Shown: in pieces, positions 16,835 to 29,733 of the stretch
Layout of the letters: the number at the start of each line of letters is the position of its first letter
How positions within the stretch are numbered: position 1 is the first letter of the stretch
Origin: an uncultured Verrucomicrobiota bacterium
Lineage (GTDB): Bacteria > Verrucomicrobiota > Kiritimatiellia > Kiritimatiellales > Tichowtungiaceae
Direction: 5' to 3'
Length of the DNA: 64,000 bases
NCBI GenBank assembly: GCA_903826865.1
Contig: CAIKGD010000012.1
Location: 2,362-66,361, forward strand
Position numbers and translations under genes: made by a program
The notes under the pieces: generated by a model
The model's database searches: none
What the model was told of the DNA's origin: nothing
What the model saw: the letters and a program-made list of their open reading frames with translations, nothing else

Positions 16835-17929
16835 TTACCTCATCCGGTAAATGAACAAAGGACTTGCCGCGCCGAAGACGAAAATAGGCAGCCAGCCGCC
16901 GAGCATGGCGGGAATAATTTCCTGCTTACCGAGCGCCTGCGCTATGAGTTGCAGAATATAGAAGCCGAAAAACAGGCTCAGCGCGGCCATGATACCGAAA
17001 AATGCGCCCCGCCGCCCGGTGTGTGCGCCAATCGGAACGCCGATCAGGGTAACGATCAGACAACTGAATGGCGCGGCCAGACGGCTGTGGAGATCCACCA
17101 GCAATCGTGAGCGGGTGGCACCGGAAATATCTTTTTTGGAGCGCAGGTAATGGAGCATTTCGCTCGACGAAAGGTATTGAGGATCTTTGATTTCCGCCAT
17201 GAAGGTCTGCGGAGTTTCACGCAGATCCCGCATTTCTTTCTGGAGAACGATTTCAGGCGGGCCCGAAAGATCACCGTTTTCCTTATAGGACTGAGTTGTG
17301 AGATCCATAAACCACCAGCGCCCGTCAAGCCAGAGTGCTTTTTCGGCCTTGTATTTGAAGGCATCAGAGCCGTCGGGCCGCTGGCCAATCAGCTCGACAT
17401 CATACATGGAATAGTCGCGCATATCGAGTTTCTGAACCATCCAGACATGGTTGCCGTTCTTAATTGCCAGATTGCTGGCAAAAAATATTTTTTCATTGCG
17501 GCCGGCCTTCTGGTATTTGAGAAATTTTTCAGCGTGCCAGGCGGCATCTGGAGCAATTTTTTCATTGATGAAAGCCGTCAACAGGCTGGCGAAAATGCCC
17601 ACACCGATGAAAGGGCTGACAATGCGGTAAATGCTGACCCCGCCGGCGCGCATCGCGGTGATTTCGCTGTGGCGGGTGAGGTGCGAGAGACTGTAGAGCA
17701 TGGCCATCAGCAGGCAGGCGGGCAGAATGAGCACAGTGACGGGCGGCAGAACCTGACTGTAATAATAGAGTATTTCGAGTGGACGGACGTTGCCTTCAAC
17801 AAATTCGCTGAAGTTATCGAAGAGGTCATTAATGATAAAAATCAGGATGAATGCGAGCAGACAGTAGAGCAACGGCCAAAGCAGACTTTTCAGCAGGTAT
17901 TTGGTAAGGATTTTCATGAATTGCGCCAT
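16835..17929 (-). CDS. LptF/LptG-family (YjgP/YjgQ) permease
   Basis: MKILTKYLLKSLLWPLLYCLLAFILIFIINDLFDN start, a central periplasmic beta-jellyroll-like segment, and three C-terminal TM helices. The stop lies 6 nt before the DppD-like start. Confidence 0.85.
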   Translation of the reverse strand: MAQFMKILTKYLLKSLLWPLLYCLLAFILIFIINDLFDNFSEFVEGNVRPLEILYYYSQVLPPVTVLILPACLLMAMLYSLSHLTRHSEITAMRAGGVSIYRIVSPFIGVGIFASLLTAFINEKIAPDAAWHAEKFLKYQKAGRNEKIFFASNLAIKNGNHVWMVQKLDMRDYSMYDVELIGQRPDGSDAFKYKAEKALWLDGRWWFMDLTTQSYKENGDLSGPPEIVLQKEMRDLRETPQTFMAEIKDPQYLSSSEMLHYLRSKKDISGATRSRLLVDLHSRLAAPFSCLIVTLIGVPIGAHTGRRGAFFGIMAALSLFFGFYILQLIAQALGKQEIIPAMLGGWLPIFVFGAASPLFIYRMR

Positions 17930-18114
17930 ACCCTAACGGTAAAGACGTTCCTCGGCAAGTTTGGAAGCACGGGGAGTACGAAATGCTCCCGCCTGCGGGA
18001 TGCACCATGCGGAAAAGCGTATTGTGAAACCGAATCCCGCTTTCTCGCATGACGCTTCGCTTGAAGAGTGCGGATAAATAACCAATACTCCCGGAATCAG
18101 AACGGAGGAAGCTT

Positions 18115-19608
18115 ATGTCCGCATTTGAAGTCCGCATCGAAGAACCCGTGACTTTTGTAATCTCCGGCGCAACGGGAGACCTGACCCGCCGCAAGCTCAT
18201 ACCTGCGCTCTATACCCTGTTCAAAGAGGGCGCGATCACAGAAGATTTTGCTGTTGTCGGCTTTGCGCGGCGCGAATACGACAACTCAGGATTCTGCAAA
18301 CTGATGGCCGAAGCGCTGCGCGAACACAGCCGGACGCCCGTTGATGAAACATCCCTGAAAGCATTCTGTTCGCACCTGAGTTATCACCGCGGCGATCTTT
18401 CGGATGCGGCAGCGTATGCCGGACTGAAAGCGAAATTCGACGACGATACCCTGCCCGCCAACCGGCTGTTTTACCTTTCGATAACGCCCGATCTGATCGA
18501 GTCGGCCGTGAACAATCTCCGGAATGCCGGACTGATTACACTGCCGCATTCCAAACCCTGGACGCGGGTCGTGGTGGAAAAGCCGTTCGGCCGCGATCTG
18601 CAAAGCGCGCAGGCTCTGAACCGGGTTCTGCTCAGCCATCTGGATGAAACGCAGATTTACCGCATTGATCATTACCTCGGCAAAGAGACCGTGCAGAATA
18701 TTCTTTCGTTCCGCTTCGCCAACACCATTTTTGAACCGGTCTTCAACCGCACCTATGTGGATAACATCCAGATCACCGCCGCCGAAACGGTCGGCATGGA
18801 AAGCGGGCGCGGCGCGTTTTATGACCAGACCGGCGCCCTGCGCGATATGGTGGTCAACCATCTTTTCCAGTTGCTCTGTCTGGTAACGATGGAGCCGCCG
18901 GATGGACTGGAGGCACGCTCCATCCGCAATGAAAAGATGAAGGTGTTGCGGGCGCTGCGGCTGGCTGATGCGACTAAACACCATCCGGCGGTCTGCTTCG
19001 GGCAATACGGCGGCGATGGCAAAACCAAAGCCTTCCGCGGTGAAGACCGCGTACGGCCGCAGTCAAAAACCGAAACCTTTGCGGCGCTGAGAATGGAAAT
19101 CAGCAACTGGCGCTGGGCGGGCGTGCCGGTCTATTTGCGCACCGGCAAACGGCTGGCGAAAAAGACGACGGAAATTGCGGTGCAGTTCAAAGTGCCGCCG
19201 CTTTCGCTCTTCCAGCATGTCGCCTGCAAAGGCGACGTATGCGATCTGGCCGGTGTAAAACCCAATACGCTGATTTTCCGTATTCAACCCGACGAAGGTA
19301 TTTTCCTGCAGGTTTCGGCTAAACGTCCGAGCATGCAGCTGGTCGTTGAGAGCGTAAACATGGACTTTTCCTACTCCGGCAAATGGGCAAAGGAGCTGCC
19401 GGATGCCTATGAACGGCTGCTGCTGGATGCCTTGCGCGGTGACTCCACCCTTTTCACCCGCTCCGACGAAGTCGAGGCCGAGTGGGAAGTGGTTGCCGCC
19501 GTCCTTGCCGGCGCGGCGGAAAGAGAACCACTCATCTACGCGCCCGGTTCATGGGGACCGGCCGAAGCAGACCGGTTGCTGTTCACCGATGGATGGAGAA
19601 ACGAATGA
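18115..19608 (+). CDS. zwf: glucose-6-phosphate 1-dehydrogenase
   Basis: GATGDLTRRKL, EKPFGRDL and RIDHYLGKE motifs. A GGAGGA Shine-Dalgarno sits upstream. Confidence 0.95.
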   Translation: MSAFEVRIEEPVTFVISGATGDLTRRKLIPALYTLFKEGAITEDFAVVGFARREYDNSGFCKLMAEALREHSRTPVDETSLKAFCSHLSYHRGDLSDAAAYAGLKAKFDDDTLPANRLFYLSITPDLIESAVNNLRNAGLITLPHSKPWTRVVVEKPFGRDLQSAQALNRVLLSHLDETQIYRIDHYLGKETVQNILSFRFANTIFEPVFNRTYVDNIQITAAETVGMESGRGAFYDQTGALRDMVVNHLFQLLCLVTMEPPDGLEARSIRNEKMKVLRALRLADATKHHPAVCFGQYGGDGKTKAFRGEDRVRPQSKTETFAALRMEISNWRWAGVPVYLRTGKRLAKKTTEIAVQFKVPPLSLFQHVACKGDVCDLAGVKPNTLIFRIQPDEGIFLQVSAKRPSMQLVVESVNMDFSYSGKWAKELPDAYERLLLDALRGDSTLFTRSDEVEAEWEVVAAVLAGAAEREPLIYAPGSWGPAEADRLLFTDGWRNE

Positions 19609-19925
19609 GCGTAAAACTGGTTTACGTAACCGCACCGTCACATGAAGAGGCGCAAAGGATTGCCAAAACCGTCGTGACGGAAAGGCTGGCGGCGTGTGCC
19701 AATATTCTGGACGGCGTCACTTCAATCTTCCACTGGAAGAATAAGCTCTGCCGTGAACAGGAGGCGGTACTGATTCTTAAAACATCAGCCGGCAAAACCG
19801 ATGCACTGACGGCACGGATTAAAGAACTCCATTCCTATGAATGCCCCTGCATCGCTGTTCTGCCGGTCGAGGGCGGCAACCCGGCGTTTCTGCAGTGGGT
19901 CAACGAAGAGACGGCTCAGGATTAG
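19605..19925 (+). CDS. cutA: divalent-cation tolerance protein CutA
   Basis: MSVKLVYVTAPSHEEAQRIAKTVVTERLAACANIL...YECPCI. The ATG overlaps the zwf stop (ATGA). Confidence 0.85.
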   Translation: MSVKLVYVTAPSHEEAQRIAKTVVTERLAACANILDGVTSIFHWKNKLCREQEAVLILKTSAGKTDALTARIKELHSYECPCIAVLPVEGGNPAFLQWVNEETAQD

Positions 19926-19957
19926 GGCATTTAACGGATGAGATGCCATTGCTGGAA

Positions 19958-20047
19958 ACCCACCCCGCCGTCCCGGCACCCCTTCCGCTGGAGGGGAATT
20001 TAAAAGCTCCCCTCCTCTGGAGGGGTGGCCAAAGGCCGGGGTGGGTT
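19958..20047. repeat. palindromic intergenic element, copy 1
   Basis: The termini acccaccccg and cggggtgggt are inverted, with internal ggagggg/cccctcc pairs. The second copy (60991-61089) is in the opposite orientation. Confidence 0.75.
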
Positions 20048-20071
20048 GCGACCTTCCGAATGTGAAGTGCT

Positions 20072-20495
20072 CTAGCGGTTTTCGGTGCGCGGCAGTTCAA
20101 CGATAGACAGCCAGAAGTTTTCGATCACCTTGACCACTTCGATGAAGCGGTTCAGGTCGATCGGTTTGCGGACGTAGCAGTTGGCGTGCATGTCGTATGA
20201 TCTGGCCACATCGTCTTCGGCGTCGGAAGTGGTCAGAATAACCACCGGAATAGAACGCAGTTTTTCGTCTGTTTTAATTTCGGCCAGCACTTCGCGGCCG
20301 TCTTTCTTGGGCAGATTCAGGTCGAGCAGGATCAGGTCGGGGCGCGGTGCGCTTTCAAAGCCGTTTATCTGCCGGACAAACTTCATGGCTTCGACGCCGT
20401 CTTTGGCCACATGCAGGTTGTTGCGGATTTTGTTTTCCTTGAGCGCTTCCTGCGTGAGACGGACGTCACCGGGATTGTCTTCCACCAGCAGTATT

Positions 20496-20518
<23 letters not shown>
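20072..20518 (-). CDS. single-domain response regulator (receiver only)
   Basis: [13 protein letters not shown]...[14 protein letters not shown]...VVILTTS...KP. The start is trimmed to MAVYRAIE (ATG 20516-20518). Confidence 0.9.
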
Positions 20519-22648
<2,130 letters not shown>

Positions 22649-22652
<4 letters not shown>

Positions 22653-25015
22653 GGTCTTGACTCCGGAAGTTGCATGAGCGCTCCGTACAGCCGTTCGGCC
22701 CGGAGCGGCCGGTCAACAAACGCGGAAAAACAGTTTTTCACCTGTTCATCAAGCGGAGCCGTCCATTTTGAGAAAGCAATCCATGGGACATCAGGCCGCA
22801 TTTCCCGGAATTCAAAAAGACGTTCCTTAAGATCCGGCATATCCAGATTGCACAGCACCGCATCCGCAGGAACATCCTTGGACAGGCGGTCGCTGATTGA
22901 ATCTATGCTTTCGGCATAACGGGGCAGGATTCCGCACTGCTCCAGCAGATATTCTGCCGTGCGCATATCGGACGGATCGTCGCTCCATACGCAAACGCAC
23001 TTGCCCCGCCACTGTTCACGGGCTTCGCTTGCCGTAACCTGAATTTGCGGTGCAGCCTGATCCATGATGCTGAAACTGAACAGCGAGCCTTCGCCGAGAC
23101 GGCTTTCAACGTGAATGGTGCCGCCCATCATTTCCACCAGATTCTTAGAAATCGCCAAACCCAGTCCGGCACCGCCGTGCGAACGGGTGCTGGAGCTGTC
23201 ACCCTGCTGAAAAGGCCTGAAAATCCGTTTCATGGTGGCGGCATCCATTCCTTCACCGCTGTCCTTAACCGAGAATTCGACACGGCGGCTCCCGGCGGGC
23301 GTTACCTGTCCGCACACCGTCAACCGCACAAAACCTTTGCCCGTGAATTTAACCGCGTTATTGAGCAGGTTCACCAGCACCTGCTGTAAACGGGCGGGAT
23401 CACCGGTGATTTTTTCCGGAACAGTTTCTTCAACCGCACAGGTCAGCTCAAGTCCGTTTTTAGCGGCCAGAGGAACAAGCAGTGCAACGGCTTTCCCGGC
23501 CAGTTTACGCAGATTGAACACCTCTTTTTTAACTTCCATTTTACCCATCTCGATTTTGGAAAGATCGAGCAGATCGGCCACAAGGGTCAGCAGCGATTCA
23601 CCGCTGGCACCGATAGTCTGGATATAATCGAGCTGTTCTTCATCCAGCTTTGAGTCTTCGAGCAGTTCAGTGAGCCCGATGATGGCGTTGAGCGGTGTGC
23701 GCAGTTCGTGGCTCATATTGGCCAGAAACTGCGTTTTAGCCAGATTGGCCGCCTCGGCGGTTTCCAGTGCGTGCTGAACCGCCGTTTCGGCATTCTTCTG
23801 CACCGTAATGTCGTTGAAGATAGTGGCGAACTTTCCTTTTTCCGGTGAATACGCAGAAACGGAATAATGCCGGCCCAGAGAGCCGGAAAAATCATCAATT
23901 CGAACCGGCACGCCGGTCAGCGCCACTTTTCCATAAATTTCAATCCAGCGGGACTCCGTATCGGGCATAACTTCTTTGACCGTCCGTCCGATCAGTTCTT
24001 CCTCTTTGAGACCGGTCAGCATTTCAAAAGCCGGGTTGATTTCCAGAAAACGGTAGTCGCAAGGAACACCTTTCCCGTCAAAGATGATTTCGTGCAGCGC
24101 AAAGCCGGACTGCATGGATTCAAAAAGCTGACGGTAGCGCACTTCGCTCTCTTTAAGTGCCTGCGCAGCTTTTCGTCTGACCGTTATATCATGCGCCACA
24201 TGAATCGCGCCGATCAGCCGTTCGTTTTCGTAGATCGGTGAAACGCTGACAATAAACCAGCCGCCCAGCCGTTCCTCGTACAGCTCGGTCGTATGCGCCA
24301 ATCCATCCCTGCACATCGCCTCATGCGGACAACCATCAACCGGACCCGCCGTGCCGTGACAATACGTATAATATTTCTTGCCGGTCAGCTCAGTCTCAGG
24401 AACACCCAGCCGGTCCGCCATCGCTTTGTTAACGCGCACAATGGAATGGTCTGCATCAAAAATAGCCACCAGATCGGGCATGGCGTCGAACGTCTTCTCC
24501 CACATCGCATAAGCCTGATTCATCTGAAGGTCATCGTTCGCGTGCAGGTTGCTTAGAACACTCAAATCACGCTGGCGCTGTTCAATCTTCTCGATCTGCT
24601 CGTTAGCCTTTACCAGCTGGGACGCCGCCGTCTGAAGCGCCACTTCGCCCGTATTCGAAGAAAGCGTCAGCTTCCGGACTGTTTCCGCCACCATTTCAAA
24701 TTCAGATGACTTGTCGAAAAAAAAGTCCGCACCCGCATCGAGACACTTGCGGCGGTATTGCGCATAGGGATAGTTGGTCATAACCATGACCGTCGTGCCG
24801 GAAAAATTCTTTTTTATCTCCTGCAGCGCCTTGATGCCGCCGCCGCCCGGCATACGGATATCCAATACCGCCACATCGGGCTTAAAGGTTATCATCTGCA
24901 TGAGAGCGCCCGGCGTATCCACCGCCTCGGAAACCTGTATATCCGGAATACGCAACAGCCGTTCGACCAGCCGTACACGGATCGGTTGCGAATCATCTGC
25001 AACAAGCACCCTCAT
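22649..25015 (-). CDS. hybrid sensor kinase: N-terminal receiver, two PAS, HisKA-HATPase, degenerate C-terminal receiver-like domain
   Basis: [11 protein letters not shown]...[50 protein letters not shown]. The C-terminal ~140 aa contain CNLDMPD. Confidence 0.9.
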
Positions 25016-25103
25016 AGGTGCATGATAATACCCGTGTTTTAGATTATATCAATATCAGGCCGGTTGTTCTTTGCGTAAGGGAAACCCTGACGGTCGTGCC
25101 GTT

Positions 25104-27320
25104 TTACAGGAGAGAAGTCGCATCGACATCAACGGTGACTTTGACTGTTTTCGGCCACTTCAGCATTCCGAAAGCTGCGTGGACCGCCCTGTTCATCGTC
25201 TTCGTTCGCGCCGCACGCAGCAGAATCTGCCAGCGATATTCGCCGCGCATCCGGGCGATCGGCGCAGGAATCGCCGGCGAAAGCGCCGCCTTGCCGGAAA
25301 CACATTTTCCCAAGGCATGGAAAAGTTTTTCCGCCGCCGCCGCCACCTCGGCCTCATCTTTGCCACGCAATATAATGCAGGTGAGATGGGTATAGGGCGG
25401 GTAATCCATTTCCTTACGAAAGGCCAGTTCCTGATCGCAGAAGCCTTCAAAATCCATGCGCCGCGCGGCCTGAACCGCCGGATGGTGCGGCGTGTAGGTC
25501 TGCACAATCACTTCGCCCGCCGCCTCGCCGCGCCCGGCGCGTCCCGCCACCTGCGTCAGCAGCTGAAACACCCGCTCGCCCGCACGGAAGTCGGCCATGT
25601 GCAGCGCATGATCGGGATTCACCACGCCGACCAGCGTCACGTTCGGAAAATCAAGTCCTTTGGCGATCATCTGCGTGCCGATCAGGATATCAATTTTCCC
25701 CGTCCGGAATTTACTGAGCACGTCGCGGTGCGCGTTCTTGCGGCGCATCGTGTCGGAATCCATCCGCTCAATCCGCGCCTTCGGAAAAAGTTTCGTCATC
25801 ACCTCTTCGATTTTTTCCGTACCCGCGCCGGCATATTTAAACTGATCGGATTTGCACTCCGGACAGCACACCGGCACTGGCTTTTCTTCACCGCAGATAT
25901 GGCAGACCAGCCGCGCCCGCGCTTTGTGATAGGTCATGCCGACGCTGCAATGCTCGCATTCGGCCACATAACCGCATCCGGGACAGATCAGCGATGACGA
26001 AAAACCGCGCCGGTTCAGGAAAATCATTGTCTGCTCGGCACGGTCAATCCGCGTACGAATGGCCTCAATCAGCTCGCGCGAAAAAATATGAGGCCTGCCT
26101 TCGCGCTGCGCTTCGATGCGCATGTCGATGATGCGGATAGGCGGCATACGGCGGTCGTCCACGCGGATCGGCATATCGATGTAGCGGTACTTGCCGCTTT
26201 TGGCGTTGGCGTAGGATTCCAGTGCAGGCGTCGCTGACCCGAGCACGACCGCGCACTTTTCCATGTGCCCGCGCATCACCGCCGTGTCGCGGGCGCTGTA
26301 GCGCGGTGCCTCTTCCTGTTTATAAGTCGGCTCGTGCTCCTCATCCACCACGATCAGACCCAGATTATGAACCGGCGCGAACAGCGCCGAGCGTGCACCG
26401 ACCACAATCTGCGCCTCGCCTGAACGGATACGGTGCCACTCGTCGTAGCGTTCGCCGTCCGAAAGCGAACTGTGCAGAACGGCCACCCGTTCCGGTTTAT
26501 CGGCAAAGCGCGAGCGGAAGCGATCCACCGTTTGCGGCGTCAGCGCAATCTCGGGTACCAGCACAATCGCGCCCCGCCCCTGCTCCAGTGCGCGGGCAAT
26601 TGCCTGTAAATAGACTTCTGTCTTGCCGGAGCCGGTTACGCCGTGAAGCAGCAGCACCGGCGGCTCCGGTTCGTCCATGGCGTCAAGAATCTGCTTCAGC
26701 GCGGACGCCTGCTGCGGCATCAGCGGCAGCGGCCCGGTCTTGAGCAGTTCAATCCCCTCATGCGGGTCGCGGTAAACCGGCTCGTTCGAAATCGTCACCA
26801 GCCCCTTCTTCTCCAGCGCCTTCACCGGCGCGGCCGTCACGCCGGCAGCCTCCGTCAGCTCCGACAGAAGCATCGGGCCGTTCTCCTGAAGGCATTGGAT
26901 AACCGCCTGCTGTTTTGGCGGTAAAGGTGGAAGCGGCATCCCTGCCGCTTCCACATTACTTACCAGTGAAACGGTCAGCTGTTTTTTTCCGCCGCTCTCT
27001 TTGCGGCGCACCACAGCGGGAAGCAAAGCCCGCACACAGGTTTCGAAGGGAGCCAGATAGTAGGAAGACATCCAGCGTGCCAGTTCCATCACAGATTCAG
27101 TGACCAGCGATTTTTCGCCCAGCACCTTGCCTATGGGCTTCAGGTCGTCAAAAGCAGACTTGTCCGCAAAGCCGACCACAAAACCGGTTACCATGCGTGC
27201 CCGGAACGGGACTTCGACCCGCGAGCCGATCCCGACCAGCGGCCGGAGCGGTTCGGGAATCAGATAGTCAAACTCCCGGTTCAGCGAGAGGTCAACGGCG
27301 ACTTTGGCGATGCGGTTCAT
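25104..27320 (-). CDS. priA: primosomal replication restart helicase PriA
   Basis: LLHGVTGSGKTEVY, DEEHE and the Cys-rich zinc region CPGCGY...CEHCS...CHICG...CPECKS. Confidence 0.95.
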   Translation of the reverse strand: MNRIAKVAVDLSLNREFDYLIPEPLRPLVGIGSRVEVPFRARMVTGFVVGFADKSAFDDLKPIGKVLGEKSLVTESVMELARWMSSYYLAPFETCVRALLPAVVRRKESGGKKQLTVSLVSNVEAAGMPLPPLPPKQQAVIQCLQENGPMLLSELTEAAGVTAAPVKALEKKGLVTISNEPVYRDPHEGIELLKTGPLPLMPQQASALKQILDAMDEPEPPVLLLHGVTGSGKTEVYLQAIARALEQGRGAIVLVPEIALTPQTVDRFRSRFADKPERVAVLHSSLSDGERYDEWHRIRSGEAQIVVGARSALFAPVHNLGLIVVDEEHEPTYKQEEAPRYSARDTAVMRGHMEKCAVVLGSATPALESYANAKSGKYRYIDMPIRVDDRRMPPIRIIDMRIEAQREGRPHIFSRELIEAIRTRIDRAEQTMIFLNRRGFSSSLICPGCGYVAECEHCSVGMTYHKARARLVCHICGEEKPVPVCCPECKSDQFKYAGAGTEKIEEVMTKLFPKARIERMDSDTMRRKNAHRDVLSKFRTGKIDILIGTQMIAKGLDFPNVTLVGVVNPDHALHMADFRAGERVFQLLTQVAGRAGRGEAAGEVIVQTYTPHHPAVQAARRMDFEGFCDQELAFRKEMDYPPYTHLTCIILRGKDEAEVAAAAEKLFHALGKCVSGKAALSPAIPAPIARMRGEYRWQILLRAARTKTMNRAVHAAFGMLKWPKTVKVTVDVDATSLL

Positions 27321-27407
27321 GGCGGCAGAGCATTAACCATCCGCCGTCGCTTTTCAAGCTATGGCGGACAAGTGGAAAATATAAAGCGGTTCAACGATGC
27401 CGGGCGG

Positions 27408-29267
27408 TCAGGAAAGCTCCCTTTTAACCTTTTTCTTTTGCTGCATGCCGAACTTGAGCCGCAGGTCTTCCTGCATGGCCGCTTCGTTACCTTTGAGTTC
27501 CAGCGATTGAACAACGGGCATCAGCGCCCTGCCGTCGTCGCCCATCCAGTCGATGATATTTAAAACCGACAGCATGGCATACGATCCGCTCTTGAGCAGG
27601 GCTTCCATACATTGGAGCCCTTTTTCCTTTTCGCCGGTACGAACCAGCAGCCACGCCGCCATCGCGCGGACTTCGTGCGATTCGTCGTTCAGACACAGGA
27701 GTCCGGCCTTCCGGTCGTTCAGCAGGAAGCAACCGACAAGGCCCCAATAACGCACGCCGGAATCGGAGCTTTTCAGCATCTCTTCAAGGCGGAGAAGATT
27801 TTCCGGCTTTTCTTCAAGTGCAAGATCTGCGGCATCCAGCAGCGCGGGAAGGTTGTAGAGTTTCGGATCGCGCACCATTTGATAAATAGTTGTTTTGCTG
27901 TCAGCCGCCCGCTTGACCATTTCCGATTCGGGCAGCAGACCGGCGTCATAAATCTGCTGCTGCCAGGTACGCAGACCGGCCCGCATCCGCGCAGCAACCG
28001 CTTTATATTCCGGATTATCAATCAGATTATTGACGTTATCCGGGTCTTTGCTCGCGTCGTAGAGTTCCTCGGTGAAGCCTTTGGGCGCGAAGAACCGGGA
28101 CTGCACCCCGGCGGCCTTGCCCTCTTTGACATAGTTTTCCCACGCCACGGTCGCCTTCATTTTCCAGAGAAAGGCGAGATGCTGCATCCACGGGACGTAC
28201 GGCATATAGTTGCGAATGTAGATAAACTGTTTGTCGCAAACCGCCCGCGCGCTTTCGCAACGTTCGTCCATGCGTCCGCGAAAGGCAAAATGGAATTCTT
28301 TTTCAGGCTCGGTTTTCAGGCCAAGGAAAACAGTGCCCTGCATATAATCCGGCACTTGCGACCCGGTAATGCTCAGCCAGGTTTTCGGCATATCGACAAA
28401 ACTGACAAGCCGGTCCACGGTCATCCCCGGCTTCTCCGCCGGCCACAGCGGCTTGAACTGTTCGGGAATGCGGATAATCAGCGGACAATGGAGGCCGCTC
28501 TCAAAAAGGTAACGTTTACTGCGCGGCATCACGCCGCCGTGATCGGAATTGTGAATCACAATCGTATTGCCATCCAGCCCCATCTCTTTGAGTTTTTGAA
28601 GCGATTCGCCGATCCCGGCATCCATTCGTTTCATCGCGTCATGGTACTTCGCATAGTTCTTGCGGATGTCCGGCAGGTCGGGATGGTATGACCGTAAAGC
28701 CGTATCGGCCGGGTCGTGCAGCGTTTTTTCCACATCACCCTGCGCCCTGCTTTCATGGGACTCCACGAAGTTGATGACCTGAAAGAACGGCTGATGTTTT
28801 TTCAACTCGTCCCAGTCCACCTGTTTCGGATTATCCCAGCAGTCGCTGTCTTCCCGTCCACCAATATTATAGTCAGTTTTTTGGTCGTTGCCGCAATAGT
28901 AGCCGTTCGCTCTGAGATAATCCGGATAGTATTTGATCCGGTCGTGCGGGATATCGTAGCGGCTGCGCATCGGGAAAGTTCCCGTTGACAGCGAGCAAAT
29001 GCCGGTGATCCAGGTCGACCGCGAAGGCGCACAAACCGGAGCATTGGCGTAGGCATGGGTGTACCGGAATCCCTCCGCAGCCAGTTTGTCAATATTCGGC
29101 GTATCCGCATGAGGATTGCCGTAACAGCCGACCCATTCGGTACTGTTATCCTCGCACGTCAGCCAAAGAATATTGGGACGGCTGACCGTCTGCGCCGTTG
29201 CGTACTGGACGGTCCCGGTCACAGCGCTTATAGCGGCAGCGGATTTTACCACGTCACTGATTTTCAT
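27408..29267 (-). CDS. secreted formylglycine-dependent sulfatase with C-terminal HEAT-like repeats
   Basis: Signal peptide, C-x-P-x-R motif (PVCAPSRST), SDHGG, and a C-terminal repeat region (SGVRYWGL..., [11 protein letters not shown]). Confidence 0.9.
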   Translation of the reverse strand: MKISDVVKSAAAISAVTGTVQYATAQTVSRPNILWLTCEDNSTEWVGCYGNPHADTPNIDKLAAEGFRYTHAYANAPVCAPSRSTWITGICSLSTGTFPMRSRYDIPHDRIKYYPDYLRANGYYCGNDQKTDYNIGGREDSDCWDNPKQVDWDELKKHQPFFQVINFVESHESRAQGDVEKTLHDPADTALRSYHPDLPDIRKNYAKYHDAMKRMDAGIGESLQKLKEMGLDGNTIVIHNSDHGGVMPRSKRYLFESGLHCPLIIRIPEQFKPLWPAEKPGMTVDRLVSFVDMPKTWLSITGSQVPDYMQGTVFLGLKTEPEKEFHFAFRGRMDERCESARAVCDKQFIYIRNYMPYVPWMQHLAFLWKMKATVAWENYVKEGKAAGVQSRFFAPKGFTEELYDASKDPDNVNNLIDNPEYKAVAARMRAGLRTWQQQIYDAGLLPESEMVKRAADSKTTIYQMVRDPKLYNLPALLDAADLALEEKPENLLRLEEMLKSSDSGVRYWGLVGCFLLNDRKAGLLCLNDESHEVRAMAAWLLVRTGEKEKGLQCMEALLKSGSYAMLSVLNIIDWMGDDGRALMPVVQSLELKGNEAAMQEDLRLKFGMQQKKKVKRELS

Positions 29268-29713
29268 AGCATTTCTCCTTTACCGCCGTTTAAAGACTGC
29301 TCTCCGATGATTTTGACGAGGACGCGCTTGTCGCGCAGGCCGTCGAATTCGCCGTAGAAAATCTGCTCCCACAGGCCGAAGTCGAGTTTGCCGCCGGTGA
29401 CGGCGCAGACGACCTCGCGGCCCATGATCTGGCGTTTGAGGTGCGCGTCGGCGTTGTCTTCGAAGCCGTTATGGGCGTACTGGCTGTACGGTTTTTCCGG
29501 TGCCAGCTTTTCAAGCCACTTCTCGAAGTCCTGATGCAGCCCGCCTTCGTCGTCATTGATAAAAACGCTTGAGGTAATGTGCATGGCGTTGACGAGGCAA
29601 AGCCCCTCCTTAATGCCGCTTTCGCGCAGACACTCAGTCACATCCGGCGTGATGTTGATAAAGGATCGCCGCTTTGGCGCCTTAAACCAGAGTTCTTTGC
29701 GGTAGGATTTCAC
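29264..29713 (-). CDS. yjbQ: YjbQ/UPF0047 family protein (secondary thiamine-phosphate synthase-like)
   Basis: [22 protein letters not shown]...[12 protein letters not shown]...[16 protein letters not shown]. The stop overlaps the sulfatase start. Confidence 0.85.
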   Translation of the reverse strand: MKSYRKELWFKAPKRRSFINITPDVTECLRESGIKEGLCLVNAMHITSSVFINDDEGGLHQDFEKWLEKLAPEKPYSQYAHNGFEDNADAHLKRQIMGREVVCAVTGGKLDFGLWEQIFYGEFDGLRDKRVLVKIIGEQSLNGGKGEML

Positions 29714-29733
29714 AGGTCTCTCCTGTCAACACT

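Noticed and set aside
19841-20100. Small ORFs across the cutA/response-regulator spacer, and the analogous ORF at 60943-61152.
   Set aside because: Both lie entirely within copies of the palindromic element. The peptide similarity (…PLQRRG…/…GRGAGTAGWV…) merely reflects the DNA repeat.
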